A stretch of DNA of 64,000 nt from Mytilus edulis (taxonomy: Eukaryota), in NCBI RefSeq assembly GCF_963676685.1, contig NC_092347.1, forward strand, positions 1,426,001 to 1,490,000, read 5' to 3'. Below, piece by piece: positions 62,629 to 64,000 of the stretch. The first letter of the stretch is position 1. Every line of letters starts with the position of its first letter. The notes below the pieces were generated by a model that made no database searches, was not told where the DNA came from, and was given only the letters and a program-made list of their open reading frames with translations. A program made the position numbers and the translations under genes.

Positions 62629-63156
62629 CTGTAAATAAATAGATACAGATATAGGGAACAGTAAAATAATGATGAACTTTATCATAACAATGTATCTATT
62701 TATTGAATTTAAAGAGTCTTATTTTGATAACCTGATTTGTCAGGAATACCAAACTTTAATTCTTCACGCTTAGTATCTTTAATGTGTAATTCTTTAAATG
62801 CTCAAGAAAGAACACTATGTTGTGCTAAGCAAACCCCCACTGTAAAATCATTAAATATAAAAAGAGTCGCCCATGACAACTCATCACCATCAACCTGCTG
62901 AAGTCATTTTGTTAAAAAGTATCTGAGAAAAGTGTTGTATAAACACCTGTTAATATTAAAAATGCCCTGCATACAAATTTCATTATTTTTGTCCTTGTGG
63001 GTTGCTGTCTGATTAATGGACACACCACATCTCCCTTTAATTGATACAATGTATTCCTATTTCTTTTGTAAGTTATATTTAAATGAACTTGGAATACATT
63101 AACATTACTTATAAATTTGTAATTTGATTTTTGAACCCTCCATTTTCTATACCTAC

Positions 63157-63278
63157 CCATGTTCTCTAAAATGTAGACTAACTTCCTCTATTTCTCCAAA
63201 TCTTTGGAACCGGGTGTGAAGTTTCTTTCTCGTGTAATCATTTGGAACTTTCCCCACATAGATAATTCTCCTCTCTTC
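63157..63278 (-). CDS. PPARGC1: PGC-1/PPRC1 family coactivator exon (RRM RNP2)
   Basis: EERRIIYVGKVPNDYTRKKLHTRFQRFGEIEEVSLHFREH, with ATACAG acceptor and GTAGGT donor. Confidence 0.93.
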
Positions 63279-63688
63279 CTGTATCAAAAGTTATGTGAAA
63301 TAAGTGTGATTGAACATGATTAATCATTAATAATTAATCAAGTCTTAAATGACCTCAGATTCAGAGGATGCATTATTGTTGTGGTAGTTGAGTAATTACA
63401 TATACAAATTTGCAAGAAATGGTACTTTTGTCATCATAGAATTGTATATGAGCAAGTTTGAAAAAGGACAATTTGGTAATCAAACGCATTGGTGAAAACT
63501 ATGTACGACATTTCTGTTTCAACCAGATTTGGTTGCTCAGAATGTGCAACAGAAAACTAAGTTTTAGAATATCCTTGTATAGTTATTGATATCTATTTTA
63601 TTCTATACTTCAATTTAGGACCTTAATTATCATTGATTTTGTAAAGTAAACAATTAAGACAATCTAGTGACGCATTTATCCAACTTAC

Positions 63689-63767
63689 AATTTGTTGTTG
63701 TTTTCTTTCTTCTCTTTCCTTTTGTCGTCTTTGTCTTCGTTTTTCACGTGATCTGCTTCTACTGGTT
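63689..63767 (-). CDS. PPARGC1: PGC-1/PPRC1 family coactivator exon (end of RS-rich region)
   Basis: TSRSRSREKRRQRRQKEREERKQQQI, with CAATAG acceptor and GTAAGT donor. Phase 0 into the next exon; the gene continues beyond the window. Confidence 0.85.
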
Positions 63768-64000
63768 CTATTGATAAAATACACATCTATGCATATTAAT
63801 CATAATATAAGAAAGTTCATGAACATGGCAGTTTGAAGATACTTCATAGTCTGCTATATTTGAATTGACATTCTGAAACATCAAGTCTTGCAATCTGTTT
63901 GTATTACAAAGTACTAAGCATCAACATGTACCATTAGTAATACAACAATCTGTAACAATAGCAATTTAACTTTTATAAAGGGCAAGTAAAAATTTTATTC

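Noticed and set aside
62912-63160. 82-aa ORF in the track
   Set aside because: It starts in the last bases of a PGC-1 exon and runs through the intron; not a gene.

Overview
AT-rich, repeat-dense animal genomic DNA with spliceosomal introns and no prokaryotic features. The repeat repertoire (Helentron-type HINEs, CR1 and RTE-X LINEs, type I hammerhead retrozyme relics) suggests a bivalve mollusc, probably Mytilus-like; this is inference. Three host genes are supported: an intronless LRR-Ig single-pass receptor (20668-22266, minus), a CD225/dispanin-like membrane protein (52281-53057, plus), and the last five coding exons of a PGC-1/PPRC1 coactivator (61242-63767, minus; missed by the ORF track). 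The rest is satellites and mobile elements, many with readable target-site duplications (TSDs). These include a 4-kb IS3EU-type transposon whose long inverted arms carry a 21-bp minisatellite, a CR1 LINE inside a 46-bp satellite, an RTE-X LINE with a nearby empty-site paralog, a Kolobok-like MITE, a Mutator derivative, four GGCGGATCC-type MITEs with 5-bp TSDs, a 102-bp near-perfect hairpin with a 9-bp TSD, and a nested, broken hammerhead retrozyme cluster. Most long low-complexity ORFs in the track are satellite artefacts. I cannot support a clearly new multi-gene system; the best leads are listed as findings.
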